Shown: piece after piece, positions 38,901 through 50,612 of the stretch
Layout of the letters: the number at the start of each line of letters is the position of its first letter
Numbering within the stretch: the first letter of the stretch is position 1
From: Hypanus sabinus
Lineage: Eukaryota
Length of the DNA stretch: 64,000 bases
Direction of reading: 5' to 3'
Assembly (NCBI RefSeq): GCF_030144855.1
Contig: NC_082714.1
Location: forward strand, 48,670,001 to 48,734,000
Position numbers and translations under genes: made by a program
The notes under the pieces: model-generated
The model's input: the letters and a program-made list of their open reading frames with translations, nothing else
The model's database searches: none
What the model was told of the DNA's origin: nothing

Positions 38901-40038
38901 AAGGTTAGGGTTATTGAGGAGAGAGCACCCATTTTACCGCAGGTTTGATGGTAAGGTTAGGGTTAGTGAGGAGAGAGCACCCCATTTTACCGCTGGTTTG
39001 ATGGTAAGGTTAGGATCAGTGAGGAGAGAGCACCCCATTTTACCGCAGGTTTGATGGTAAGGTTAGGATCAGTGAGGAGAGAGCACCCCATTTTTCCGCA
39101 GGTTTGATGGTAAGGTTAGGATCAGTGAGGAGGGAGCACCCCATTTTACCACAGGTTTGATGGTAAGGTTAGGGTTAGTGAGGAAAGAGCACCCCATTAA
39201 CCGCAGGTTTGATGGTAAGGTTAGGGTTAGTGAGGAGAGAGAACCCCATTTTAGCGCAGGTTTGATGGTAAGGTTAGGATCAGTGAGGAGAGAGCACCCC
39301 ATTTTACCGCAGGTTTGATGGTAAGGTTAGGATCAGTGAGGAGAGAGCACCCCATTTTACCGCAGGTTTGATGGTAAGGTTAGGATCAGTGAGGAGAGAG
39401 CACCCCATTTTACCGCAGGTTTGATGGTAAGGTTAGGATCAGTGAGGAGAGAGCACCCCATTTTACCGCAGGTTTGATGGTAAGGTTAGGATCAGTGAGG
39501 AGAGAGCACCCCATTTTACCGCAGGTTTGATGGTAAGGTTAGGATCATTGAGGAGAGAGCACCCCATTTTACCGCAGGTTTGATGGTAAGGTTAGGATCA
39601 GTGAGGGGAGAGCACCCCATTTTACCGCAGGTTTGATGGTAAGGTTAGGATCAGTGAGGAGAGAGCACCCCATTTTACCGCAGGTTTGATGGTAAGGTTA
39701 GGGTTAGTGAGGAGAGAGCACCCCATTTTACCGCAGGTTTGATGGTAAGTTTAGGGTTAGTGAGGAAAGAGCACCCCATTTTACCGCAGGTTTGATGGTA
39801 AGGTTAGGATCAGTGAGGAGGGAGCTCCCCATTTTACCGCAGGTTTGATGGTAAGGTTAGGGTTAGTGAGGAGAGAGCACCCCATTTTACCGTAGGTTTG
39901 ATGGTAAGGTTAGGGTTAGTGAGGAGAGAGCACCCCATTTTACCGCAGGTTTGATGGTAAGGTTAGGGTTAGTGAGGGGAGAGCACCCCATTTTACCGCA
40001 GGTTTGATGGTAAGGTTAGGGTTAGTGAGGAGAGAGCA
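35962..40038 (+). repeat. Minisatellite, 77 x 53 bp
   Basis: Unit AGCACCCCATTTTACCGCAGGTTTGATGGTAAGGTTAGG(ATC/GTT)AGTGAGGAGAG. Period 53 (35962, 36015, 36068...). The 4073-bp span equals 77 units minus eight single-base deletions. Confidence 0.98.
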
Positions 40039-40175
40039 GAGGGCAGTGTGTTCATAAGGAGCACGCTTCAAGGAGCATTGAGGAGTGAAAAGATCCAGAG
40101 CAGGCAGAAAACCAGAGCAGGGTGTCCAAGATCAGGAGGAGGGCTGGATATGGGAGGAGGGGTCATTGTTGTGGG

Positions 40176-40645
40176 AACAGAATCAGATTCAGGTTTAATA
40201 TCACCCACATATGTCGTGAGATGTGTTGTCTTTGTGGCAGCAGCATAATTCAATGCAAAATAATAGAAATCAATGTGAATTACAGTAAGTATATATATTA
40301 AATAGTCAACTCAAATAATTAGCATAAAAATAGAAATAAAAAAGTAGTGAGGTAGTGTTCCTAGGCTCATTGTCCATTCAAAAATCAGATGACAGAGGGG
40401 AAGAAGCTGTTCCTGAATCACTGAGTGTATACCTTCGGGGTTTTGTACCTCCCTCCTGATGGTAGCAATGAGAACAAGCATGACCTGGGTGCTGGGGGTC
40501 CTAAATGATGGATGCCGCCTTGGTGAGGCATCCTCCTTGAAGGTGTCCTGGATACTGTGGGGGGGGGGGCGGGGAAGGGCAGTGCCCATAATGGAGATGA
40601 CTACGATTACAACTCTCTGGAGCTTATTTTGATCTTTTGCAGTAG
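40176..40645 (-). mobile_element. Rex1/Babar-like LINE 3' end nested in the Penelope-like element
   Basis: Reverse-complement tail CAGAATCAGATTCAGGTTTAAT at about 40178-40200 and a KLQRVV motif. Confidence 0.75.
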
Positions 40646-43600
40646 CCTGCGGAATTCTTGCCAAAGAAGTAGGCTCAGAGACAGAGACAACAGAAGAGCT
40701 CGGCATTGTGGCCATTATGCAACTGACTGAAGTGCGGGTGGAGGGGGACAAAGTTAAGGCCTTGCCGAGGACAGAACGCTCCACCTCATCAGAACAGGGA
40801 AGGTCAGAAGGAATGGCAACTCATGGAAATATCTTCCTCAAATTAGTACTACTTATCCTACAACAGGTGACAGAGCGTTAGGACAAAGATTATATGCAAA
40901 GCAACTGTAACTTTGTCTGAAGCCTTTATATACTCCATTGCCTCCTATCAGCTGGTAGAGCGAACTCCTGCCAAACACACTCACTGGATAACCCACCATT
41001 CAGCTTTTTCTAGAACACATTGTCAGTTTCCCCAGCAACACTGACTCCACACTTCACTGCGATTTCTCAGGAATTCTCCATTGCCTCTCAGTTGTAAGAT
41101 GCCTTGTCTAATTTCTACAATCAAATGAGTAGAAATTTCCTTCAAACATTTATTGGTAGGTTTGGTACAATGTGATTTTTATTGTTTTTCATATTTCTGA
41201 CAGGTGACTTAGTCATTCTCTCCTTGGCATTTGTTTTGATTTTTTATTGAGTTTAATACCAGCAGTACATAAAATTAGCTATGCCAGGGCCAAAGATTAA
41301 TCAATGGGATTATATATTCAAGGCAGAGCAATCCTGTCGCCCCTGAATTACCAGTAAATTTTAGGCTACTAAATTATCAGAAGAACAATTTATTAATTAA
41401 TCCAGTTACTAAAGATGGAACTTGTTTTTTGCTCATTGTGTGGGTCTGGGTGAAATCCACATTTTTGGACATTTAGTAAAATATAAGTAACACATCCTGA
41501 CAAGTTGAATCTTTGAAAAGACTGAAGGTATTTCTTTAGCCTTTTCCAATGTTTCAATTCATTTTTTCCACTGGCTACAGTCTAAAACTTTTCACCCTTG
41601 GTGTCAGATTTAGTCTTGAGATCACTTTCTCATCCATCCTGTGACCATCCAACCAACCCGATATCAGCCACAGACTGTCAGCTGCCGAGTCTATCTTCTG
41701 CATCATATTTACCTGGAGTTCTGATGCATGTCTTCTAGCTCTCCGTCGTTCATGTTCTATAAGCATGAGAACATCCAAACCATATCTGCTTAATCATGCT
41801 CTTCCCCATCATTAAGATTGTCTTGCCCAACAGCAACCATAACTATGTCACTTTTCTTCTCTGTGTTTTGGATCTCTGAGCTATCCAGGTGAGGAAACAT
41901 GGGAGACTGAATAACCTACACCATTAAGAAATAATCAAGCAGCAAATTCAAATACATTTCATTTATTCTCCATAGAGGGCTTCAATTTAAACTAAACTTA
42001 TATTGGTAACAAATATGTACGATAAAATTTCCCGAGTTTTATCATTAAGGTCTGCTGTTAAAATACGTTTGCAAATGTAGAAACATGGTTCTCAACTGGC
42101 TCAAGGCTGGACTAATGTGAACCTGGTTGATAACTGAATTGTACCCATCTGCAAGACTCGTGCACTTGTGTGTTCTGGAAATGGTCTATTGTGTATAGTC
42201 ATCACTTCAAAGCCGATAAAGTTCCAATGACTCATCAACAAATGTTCAGCGGCAACTCGCTGTATCATTGTACCAAATATTAGATGGTAGCCCTATATGG
42301 AGAGAATGTTGTTGCCTGTGATCTTAAGCCAAGTTCTTTATCTAGAAAAAGGTTGTCCATTACACAAAAATGCATTTATCCTTTGTCCCACACTTTTCAA
42401 ACCTGCAGATGTACAGGCACACCAAAAAGCTGAGATCCTGAGATAGTCTATACTCCCCATCTCCATACTCTGAAGATCCAAAACAGCTTTTTCAAATGTT
42501 TTAACAAGCTGAACCCAAATAACTAAGCTTTCATAGCATCAGGCATTTAAATCAGCTTTTACATCACATTAGGTTTTCATCACAAAACCAGCTTTCTCAA
42601 TACATTAATTAAGTAATTTTACAAAACATTTGAAGTTACATATTATAAGATATCCTTCACTAAGTTAAATAATAGATGTTGCTTCAATATTAAAAATATT
42701 GTACAATGAGAGTGGGTTGTGTAATCGTGTATTTCTGCATTACTGCAGCAGAATAAAAAATGAGTTACCCTGAAACGAACAGAAATATTTGAGAAAAGTT
42801 CAGTGCAGTTGACAATTTAGTTCCACTTACTTATTGCACATTTGTACAATATATATTTGAAAAGAAAGTCAAAAAGGACTATTATAATTATATATTTGAG
42901 TTTAGGAAAGAGGTAACATTGGTACAATGAACTGTTTTTTTTCTCTCAATCTTGCACTAATATTGTTTATTTTTCACATATGAAATTAAGTATAATTTAT
43001 GTTAACTTAAGTTCATATTAACTGCAGTTTGTCTTCATCCTCCTATGTACTGCTGTCCTGCCATACAGGAGTAATTTTCATGGCTTTTATACCCTGTGTG
43101 AACTTGAACTTTAATTTCTTTTTCCAATCTTCCAATCCAGTGTGCTGCATTCAGTGTTTACAACGTAGTCTCTTCTACACTAGAGAAACCAACTGCAGAT
43201 TGATGATGACTTTGCAGACTATCACTATTCTATCAAATGGGTGACCCTAACCTTTGAACTACCTTTCATTTTAATTCTTCACCTCACTTCCACTATGATT
43301 TCTCATTCTGGGGCCATGAATACTGTTTCACCAAACCCAAAATAAGCTCAAGGAACAATCCCTCATCTTCCCTGTGGACAACTTGTAGTTCTAAGATACA
43401 GTAGATTCTGATAACTAGCCTTCCTTGTTTATGTTAGAACTGGTCAGTATGATGCTTGATGACATTTACGCAGATTTTCTCTCTCCATGGATCTCCCTGA
43501 TCTTCCAAGTATTTCCAAAAATTCTCTTTAATTTCAATTTTCCAACATCTGGAGTTCCCCACACCTCAGTGTTCCACCACTTTATTTGTCTCTCTATTTT

Positions 43601-43679
43601 CTTCATTTATCTTCCTACCTATATTCATCCTAGAAGCTCATTATTTGTGAATACTGGGGAGGAATCGTCTTTACCCTAC

Positions 43680-45300
43680 TGGTTAACCTTGACGCTTTGC
43701 AATTCGCCTAGCGGAGCCACAGGCCAACGGCAGATGCCATCTCTCTGGCACTACATTCCTCCTTAGAACACCTGGAGAATAAAGACGCATATGTAAGGCT
43801 CCTTTTCATCGACTACAGCTCTGTCTTTAATACCATCATTCCAAATAAACTGATTCCTAAGCTCCAGAACCTGGGTCTTAGCACTCAAATCTGCAGCTGG
43901 ATCTTCAACTTCCTCACAGACAGGACACAGGCTGTAAAAATAGGGGATAAGCTCTCCTCTACAATCACACGGAACACTGGTGCCCCACAAGGCTGTGTAC
44001 TCATCCCCCTGCTGTACTCACTGTACACCCATGATCATGTAGCCAAGTTTCTATTGAACTCAATATATAAGTTTGCTGATGACACCACAATTGTAGGCCG
44101 CATCTTGGGTAATGATGAGTCTGAGTACAGAGAGAAAATTAAGAACCTGGTGGCATGGTGCAAAGACAATAGCCTATCTCTCAACGTCATCAAGATGAAG
44201 GAATTGTTTTTTGACTTCAGAAGGAGTAGCGGACCGCACGACCCCATCTACATCGGTGGTGCGCAGGTGGAACAGGTCAAAAGCTTTAAGTTCCTTGGGT
44301 TGAATATCACAAATTTTTACTGTGCCCATAGTCTGTTTTTTTTTTTATCAATTATGCTATTGTTTGCACTGTTGTAACTATGTGGTTTTGTGCAGGTCTT
44401 TTAGCTTTACTTTTTGGTCTTGTTTGTCTGGTGGATTTGGAGCTCCTTTCCGGGGAACGCGCTAAGATGGTAGCACGATATTAATACGCAGCAGCCTCTC
44501 CGGACTCTGGATTGGGGATTGCCAAATGTTATGTGGATTTTCTAGTGTAGTCTGTTCTGTCATATGCTTTTGTGATATCATTCTGGAGGAATGTTGTCTC
44601 ATTTTTTAACTGCGTTGCATTTGTGGTTTCTAAATGACAATAAACTGAATCTGAAATGACCTGACTTGGTCTAACCAAGCAGAGTCCACTGCCAAGAAGG
44701 CCCACCAGCGCCTTTACTTCCTGAGAAAGCTGAAGAAATTTGGTCTGTCCCCTAAAACCCTCACTAATTTTTATAGATGCACTGTAGAAAGCATTCTTCT
44801 AGGGTGCATCACAACCTGGTATGGAAGTTATCCTGTCCAAGACCAGAAGAAGCTGCAGAAGATCATGAACATAGCCAGGCACATCACACAAACCAATCTT
44901 CCATCCTTGGACTCACATTACACCACACGCTGTTAGAGCAGTGCTGCTAGGATAATCAAGGACACGACCCACCCAGCCAACACACTTTTTGTCCCTCTTC
45001 CCTCCGGGAGAAGGTTCAGGAGCTTGAAGATTCATACGGCTAGATTTGGAAACAGCTTCTTTCCAACTGTGATAAGACTGCTGAACGGATTCTGACCCGG
45101 ATCTGGGCCATATCTTCCAAATATCCAGACCTGACTTGCACTACCTTACTTCCCCTTTTCTATTTTCTAACTATGATTTATAATTTAAATTTTTATTATA
45201 TTTACTTTGAATTATACTTCAGGGAGTGCAAAGTACAGAATCAAATATTGCTGTGCTGATTGTACGCTCTGGTATCAATTGTTTGGTGACAATAAAGTAA
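43680..45300 (+). mobile_element. Rex1/Babar-like LINE with a nested insertion at 44315-44653
   Basis: [17 protein letters not shown] and YKFADDTT motifs. The nested element is flanked by an AAAT TSD and ends in AATAAACTGAATCTG. Confidence 0.85.
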
Positions 45301-45639
45301 AGCAAGATACACCCTCTGTTCTCTCCTCAGACTGAAACCTGAAGCTTGTTTTCACACTTCTCCCATTTTAATGAAAGTCACTGATATGTTTCTCTCCCCT
45401 CAAGTGCTGCCTGGCCTGTTGAGTACATCTAATACTAATTTTTATATTTCAGTGTTTCAGCATGGACAATATTTTACTTTCCCTTGATAGAGTTATTTTG
45501 GGATAAACTGCAGAGTAGGAGAAATATAGACAATGTGAAGTCAGAAGGGATTAGTTTAATGAAGCATGATTATCTTAATTAACTCAGCATGTGTTTAAGG
45601 GGGTGTTCAGGGAAATAGAAGTCACGGGGAGACATTCAA

Positions 45640-46544
45640 GATTCTTGAGGAAGCGGTAAGCGGAACCCTAACTTGAGACACGAGATTGATCTTCTACATG
45701 GAGATGTGTCACACCTAGCCAATCTGTATGATGAAATGAACATTCTGAATATGAAACTGTGTGGTGAGAATTTCAACATAATCCAGGAAAAAGGTGCTGT
45801 GTCCACTTGTATCGAAAAATTGGAAATATATAAGCAAAACATGGGGAGAAGAATGTTCTCACAGTTTCCCTGCAGGGAAGTATGACACTGTCTTTCCCAG
45901 ATGGTGATTTACAAGAGTATTGCTTACAACTTTAGTCACTGAAGAAGGATTTTCCAAATGGATCCAAAGATTTGAACAACCTGGAATTTCTTGATTGAGT
46001 AATTAACCCATTCCTTTGCAAGACAGAAGAACAGGAAGATAGCTTGCAAGAAGAAATTATAGAAATTCAGAATGATGAAGAGACAAAAATGCTTTTATGG
46101 TATGTGGCTACACTATCATATGAAGTTTCCTGGTCTTTGGAGAAGAGCCAAACTGCTCTTCATTGCATTTCCATCATCCCGCCTTGTATCAGTGCAGTGA
46201 ACCACATATTCACATAAAACAGAAACCACTTAGACATTGTTATACATGGGGACTTAAGGCTTTTTCTGTCACAACTTGAACCAGTTATTTCAACTCTTAC
46301 TAAAAATCATCAAGCTCAAGGATCACATTAATACTGACGTTAATACAGTGCACAGATAATGTGTAAGCTAGATATAAAGATAACTAAAAATTTAAAGCGG
46401 AATCATTTTTCTCATGTTAGCATATGGTAGACATGTTTTTACACTATGGGAGCACCAGAAAGTATATTTTGCCTAAGAGGGGTTTTGACAATTATGAAGG
46501 TGCTTTCGGGGAGGCGTTTGGCTAAAAAAGAGTGGGAAACACTG
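45640..46544 (+). mobile_element. hAT (Charlie/Buster-type) DNA transposon remnant
   Basis: Transposase C-terminal fragments DVSHLANLYDEMNILNMKL, FIAFPS and GDLRLFLSQLEP...HQAQGSH* (stop 46329-46331). Right TIR GTGGGAAACACTG ends at 46544. No left TIR was seen. Confidence 0.75.
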
Positions 46545-46599
46545 ATCTACCTTATTCTGCATACAGCGCATATTCAGTTATAACACTTTCAGTCCTGTA

Positions 46600-47650
46600 T
46601 TCAACCTTTTTGATCTTGTCCACCTTTTACATTGCAACTCATGTTGTTCACTCCAATTTTGCCTCTCCTCACTACACATTGCCTCTCTTTGTAAACCATC
46701 TACCTCATCTTCAGCACTAGCATCCACCTTTCCTATGACACTTCTTGCATTGAACAATACACAGCTCAAGACACTTGTCACACCATGCTGACCCTTTTGA
46801 TTCCAAATTGTGTCTGAGATCTTACCGACATCTGCCTCCACGATTCTCCACTAACGGTTCTGGCACTCTGGTTCCCAACCCTCTGCAACTCCAGTTTAAA
46901 CCCCACATTAACAAATTTTCCTGCTAGAACATTAGTCCCCCTCCAGTTGAGGCGCTAGCTATCCCTTCTGTACAGGTCCTGCCTTCCCTGAAAGAGAGAC
47001 CAATGTTCCAAAAATCTTATGCCCTCCCTCCTACACCAACTCTGTAGCCATGTTTTAAACTGAATAATCTTCCTAGTTCTGGCCTCACTAGCATGTGGCA
47101 CGGGTGGCAATCCTGAGATCACAACCCTAGAGGTCCTGCCCTTTAACTTAGCACCTCACTCCCTGTACTCGCTTTGCAGAACCTCATTACAAGTTCTACC
47201 CATGTCATTGGTAGCTACATGGACCACAACCACTTAAGTTCACCCACGCACATAAGTATGCAGAGGACTCAGTCTGAGATGTCCTGGGCCTTGGCACCTG
47301 GGAAGCAACATACCATCCAAGAATCCTGGTCTCACCCACAGAACTTCCTGTCCATTCCTCAGTGCCAGAGACCCGACCACTATGACTTTCCTCTGTTAGG
47401 TCAACTCCACCGCCAAGAGTATCCAAAGTGATCATTGAGGGGGATGGCCACAGAGTACTCGACACTGACTCCATAACCTTGTTCCTCTTCCCCGACTGTC
47501 CCCCAGTTTCCTGTGCCCTGCACATTAGGTGTAGCTATTTCTTTTTACGTTCTGTCTATCACCCCTTCAGCATCCGGAATGATCTGAAGGTCATGCAGTT
47601 CCAGCTCCAACTCCGTAATGCTGATTCTTTGCAACTCCATTTCCTCTAAC
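46600..47650 (-). mobile_element. CR1 ORF1 (esterase-like) to start of ORF2, degenerate
   Basis: Minus-strand motifs MVCCFPGAKAQD, VVVHVATND and LFNARSVIGK. Confidence 0.75.
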
Positions 47651-48260
47651 GCTTCTGCTCAGTCATGCTGGTTAGTTGATGTCTGGCAATGATTGAATGG
47701 GATTTTTCTCCAACTGAGGTGTGTGAAGAAAAAAATCATTTGCTATGCCTGTTCAACTCTAATATCAGACCATTGACTTCATCTCTCTCTGACTATACCT
47801 GTAACCTTCAACTCAGCTGAGCTTGTGGCTAAGTTTCCTTCTCTAAATATCCCTGTAACATCAGCTCAGATCGCCCATGTCTATGTAATTCCAGACCAAT
47901 TTTCCAAAGTTGCCCTGGTCATCCTGACACCTTACATCTTCCATCAACTGTGCATAAACAAATCCTTCAACTGCATGCTAATACGCATTATTTAGGTGAT
48001 TCTAGACCTACACACTTTCTGGTTCAATATGGTTACATTATCGTTCATTCTGTCCAGTCTGTTCTGTGCAATGTACACAGCAGGTGTTTTGTGAATATTG
48101 GAAATCCATGTCTCTCTGCACACTGAGGTTAGACAGTTGTGAAATAAAAAGACCGAGGGTGAGGAGGATGAATTTCAATGGGTGATACAGCCATTAAACT
48201 TATTATATCAGGGTTAATTTGGAAATGCATATTGATTAATGAATATTAATATGCATTTAC

Positions 48261-48503
48261 TGATAACTTATCTGGCAATAAACTAAACCTTTACAAGTGT
48301 GCATCAAGTGAAATGTGTGCAGATAGAGTTTAGCTTTTCTGGAACAGGATATTTTTGCTAACAGTTGTATGCGAAACAGATGACTGGTTCTCTATTCACT
48401 ATCTTCTGTTATCATTAGATTACTTAGACCATGAATCAGGACCCACAACCAATGGGAAAAGTGGGGTGGAGTGGGTGTGGCTCTGTGTGAATGGCAATAA
48501 ATA
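48261..48503 (+). promoter_or_regulatory. alpha2 erythroid promoter
   Basis: Double inverted GATA TGATAACTTATCT 48261-48273, AGATAG 48321-48326, TTATCA 48409-48414, CCAAT 48449-48453, GGGGTGGAG 48463-48471, KLF1-type GGGTGTGG 48473-48480 and AATAAATA 48496-48503. Confidence 0.8.
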
Positions 48504-48570
48504 CAGACACGTCAAGCCAGAGGCATCTCCTGGTTATTGAGAGATCTGAAGAAGTGAAAACTCAGCAACA

Positions 48571-49413
48571 ATGGTGCTCTCTGGCCCCAACAAACAGGTC
48601 ATAGAGGAACTGGGTAGCCTGATAAAGGCGAATGCTGAAGCTTGGGGAGCAGATGCTTTAGCCAGGTAATTTTCCTGTAGTATAATTATTGCATTTTCAG
48701 CTATTGTTTGTAATCGTTAACATTTCTGTGCACTTCCCTTGCACAATGAGACCACTAATAAATATGCAAAGACATTTGCTGCATAGAATTGAAAATTTTC
48801 CAAAATAATGTGATTGTTGGTCTGAAGAATAACATGATTTAATCCTGTGAGATGTAGTGTACATTGTGTCTGCAAATAACTTCTGCCTTCATTTTCCATG
48901 TTTGTGAAGGTTGTTTGAGATCCACCCTCAAGCTAAGACGTACTTCCCGAAATTCAATGGCTACAAAGCCTCTGACCCAGCCGTCAGAAAACATGGTTGC
49001 CTAGTAATGAAGGCTGTGGCGGATGCAGCCCAGAACGTGGACAACCTGAGTAAACACCTGGAAAGTCTTGCCAAGAAACATGGTGAAGAACTTCTTGTGG
49101 ATCCTCACAACTTTCAGGTATGTAGCAATTTTACAGATTCTTCCTCTGATAATACTTCTTCCTGCTACACTATACATGATATGTAGGAAAGCAGTGAAAG
49201 TACAAGAAAGCAGCACTTGTTTAATGGGAAAAATCATCCGTTCACATATTAACACTGTCTTATGTTATTTGTTTTTCACTTTTACAGCTGTTGGCTGATT
49301 GTATCGCAGTCACCCTGGCCATTCACTTGCCAGCATTCTCCCCTGCAACTCAATGTGCGGTCGATAAATTCCTTGAGTTGCTTGCGCATGAATTGAGCTC
49401 CAAGTACCGTTGA
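48571..49413 (+). CDS. HBA: Haemoglobin alpha chain, copy 2 (142 aa; 3 exons)
   Basis: Exons 48571-48665, 48910-49117 and 49288-49413. The frame is intact and differs from copy 1 at 10 residues (H6P, N16S, E66K, H73Q, V108A, I109V, N114H, Q116P, T119S, H123Q). AATAAA at 49510-49515. Confidence 0.97.
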
Positions 49414-50612
49414 AGACGCAATCGACCATCTATGGTGAATGACTGCAAGATCGTCATTTAATTACACATTTTTTCTTTGATTAATTGTCATAATTGTGAA
49501 ACTGAGTTAAATAAACTTTCACTTCAATCAATGCATTCTTGTTTGCTGTGGCTGAATGTATTAAATATACTTAATTTCAGAAAAAATACCTGTCAATTTG
49601 TCCATTAGCAAGAATACAAACAACACTGCAGGGTCTATTTACCTCTATCACTTGATAACAATAAAGAGGGGAAAAATCTTGGACATAAAGATATTGAGCC
49701 AACAAATGTCTGTTCGCCTGGCAGCTACTTTTCACCCCATTGTAAATGAATCAAGCTCACAACAGAGATTTCTGAAAAGCAAATACCTGAAATAGGAGAT
49801 TGAAATCTCTCCATATCGCGTTTATACATTCAGCAACATATCATGACTCACTATATAAAGCAAGCTTTACAAATAAAATATAGATAAACAGAGTTGTACA
49901 ATTGTGCAACATGGAAACAGGCCATTCAGCCCTACTCATGCATGCCTACCAATGGCTATCTGATCTAGTCCCATTTCCTCACGTTGTACCTGTTACTACA
50001 ACCTGCTCTCCCACCTCATTTCATATGCCCACCACTCTTTCAGAAAGGGTTTTCCCCCAGATGTCTTTTAAATCATTTCCCTTTCACCAGAGAAGCATAT
50101 TGTTCAGCTTTTGACTCCACTACATTCGGATAAAAACTATGACATCCATTTATACCCTCATGATTTTGTACAACCCTGTCAGGTCACCCCTGAGTCTCCT
50201 ACGCTCCAGGGAAAATGTGAAAAGTAATTCAAGTTCTCCTTAAAATTTAATCCTGAAAATGTATCTTGTTATGTTTTTATATTAATATATTCAATCATAT
50301 AGTTATAAAAATTCAACATCCAATTTTAAATAGGGATAAAATCACCATTATTGTCTCTTTCAAAATCATTATGAATAGATGAATTTATTTTTCCTATCTG
50401 AAACACCGAAATAGACCATTCAATTGGTTTCAGTAACTTCAAAATTTCCTGCAATACACTTGCTGGAAGTCCACTCTAAGAAGCAAATTATACATTTGTG
50501 ATCAGAGCAGCTTGATGGCAGTATCTTGGGGATATATAGACTATATTGAGTTTCATCTGCAATTACCTCCACTTTTGTATGTCAATATTCTTCAGAATAT
50601 CATTGAAAATTT

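Larger units (their letters stand above)
33960..40830 (-). mobile_element. Penelope-like retroelement, split by a minisatellite and a LINE tail
   Basis: Motifs occur in order on the minus strand: SVLGK.L (about 40780), NLTIKP..K.GA (35960/40040), MGPSFAC and catalytic RYIDD (35162-35437), then the linker and nuclease region (34573-34860), then the 3' terminal repeat near 33960-34080. Confidence 0.85.

Noticed and set aside
39069-39302. Repeat-encoded protein ORF
   Set aside because: A chance open frame in the minisatellite. The 53-bp period shifts frame every unit.
35962-40038. CRISPR array or interstitial telomere
   Set aside because: Units are contiguous with no unique spacers and the context is eukaryotic. 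There are never more than about two telomeric hexamers in a row, and the unit derives from RT coding sequence.
41575-41890. Possible exon or small gene (ORF 41575-41778; splice-like sites at 41580 and 41889)
   Set aside because: All three + frames contain stops, the minus ORF has an upstream in-frame stop, and I recognise no homology.
42240-42520. Degenerate piggyBac-like motif (VMDNLF) on the minus strand
   Set aside because: A single short motif among stops, with no TIR or other support.
45673-46331. Domesticated ZBED/SCAND-like gene
   Set aside because: Multiple stops and frameshifts, and a TIR is retained.
23300-47900. Additional globin gene or pseudogene in the spacer
   Set aside because: I found no globin motifs (YPWT, KTYF, VDP/VDT.NF, KYR/YH) by eye or in the ORF track. 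A tblastn would be needed to exclude very decayed copies.
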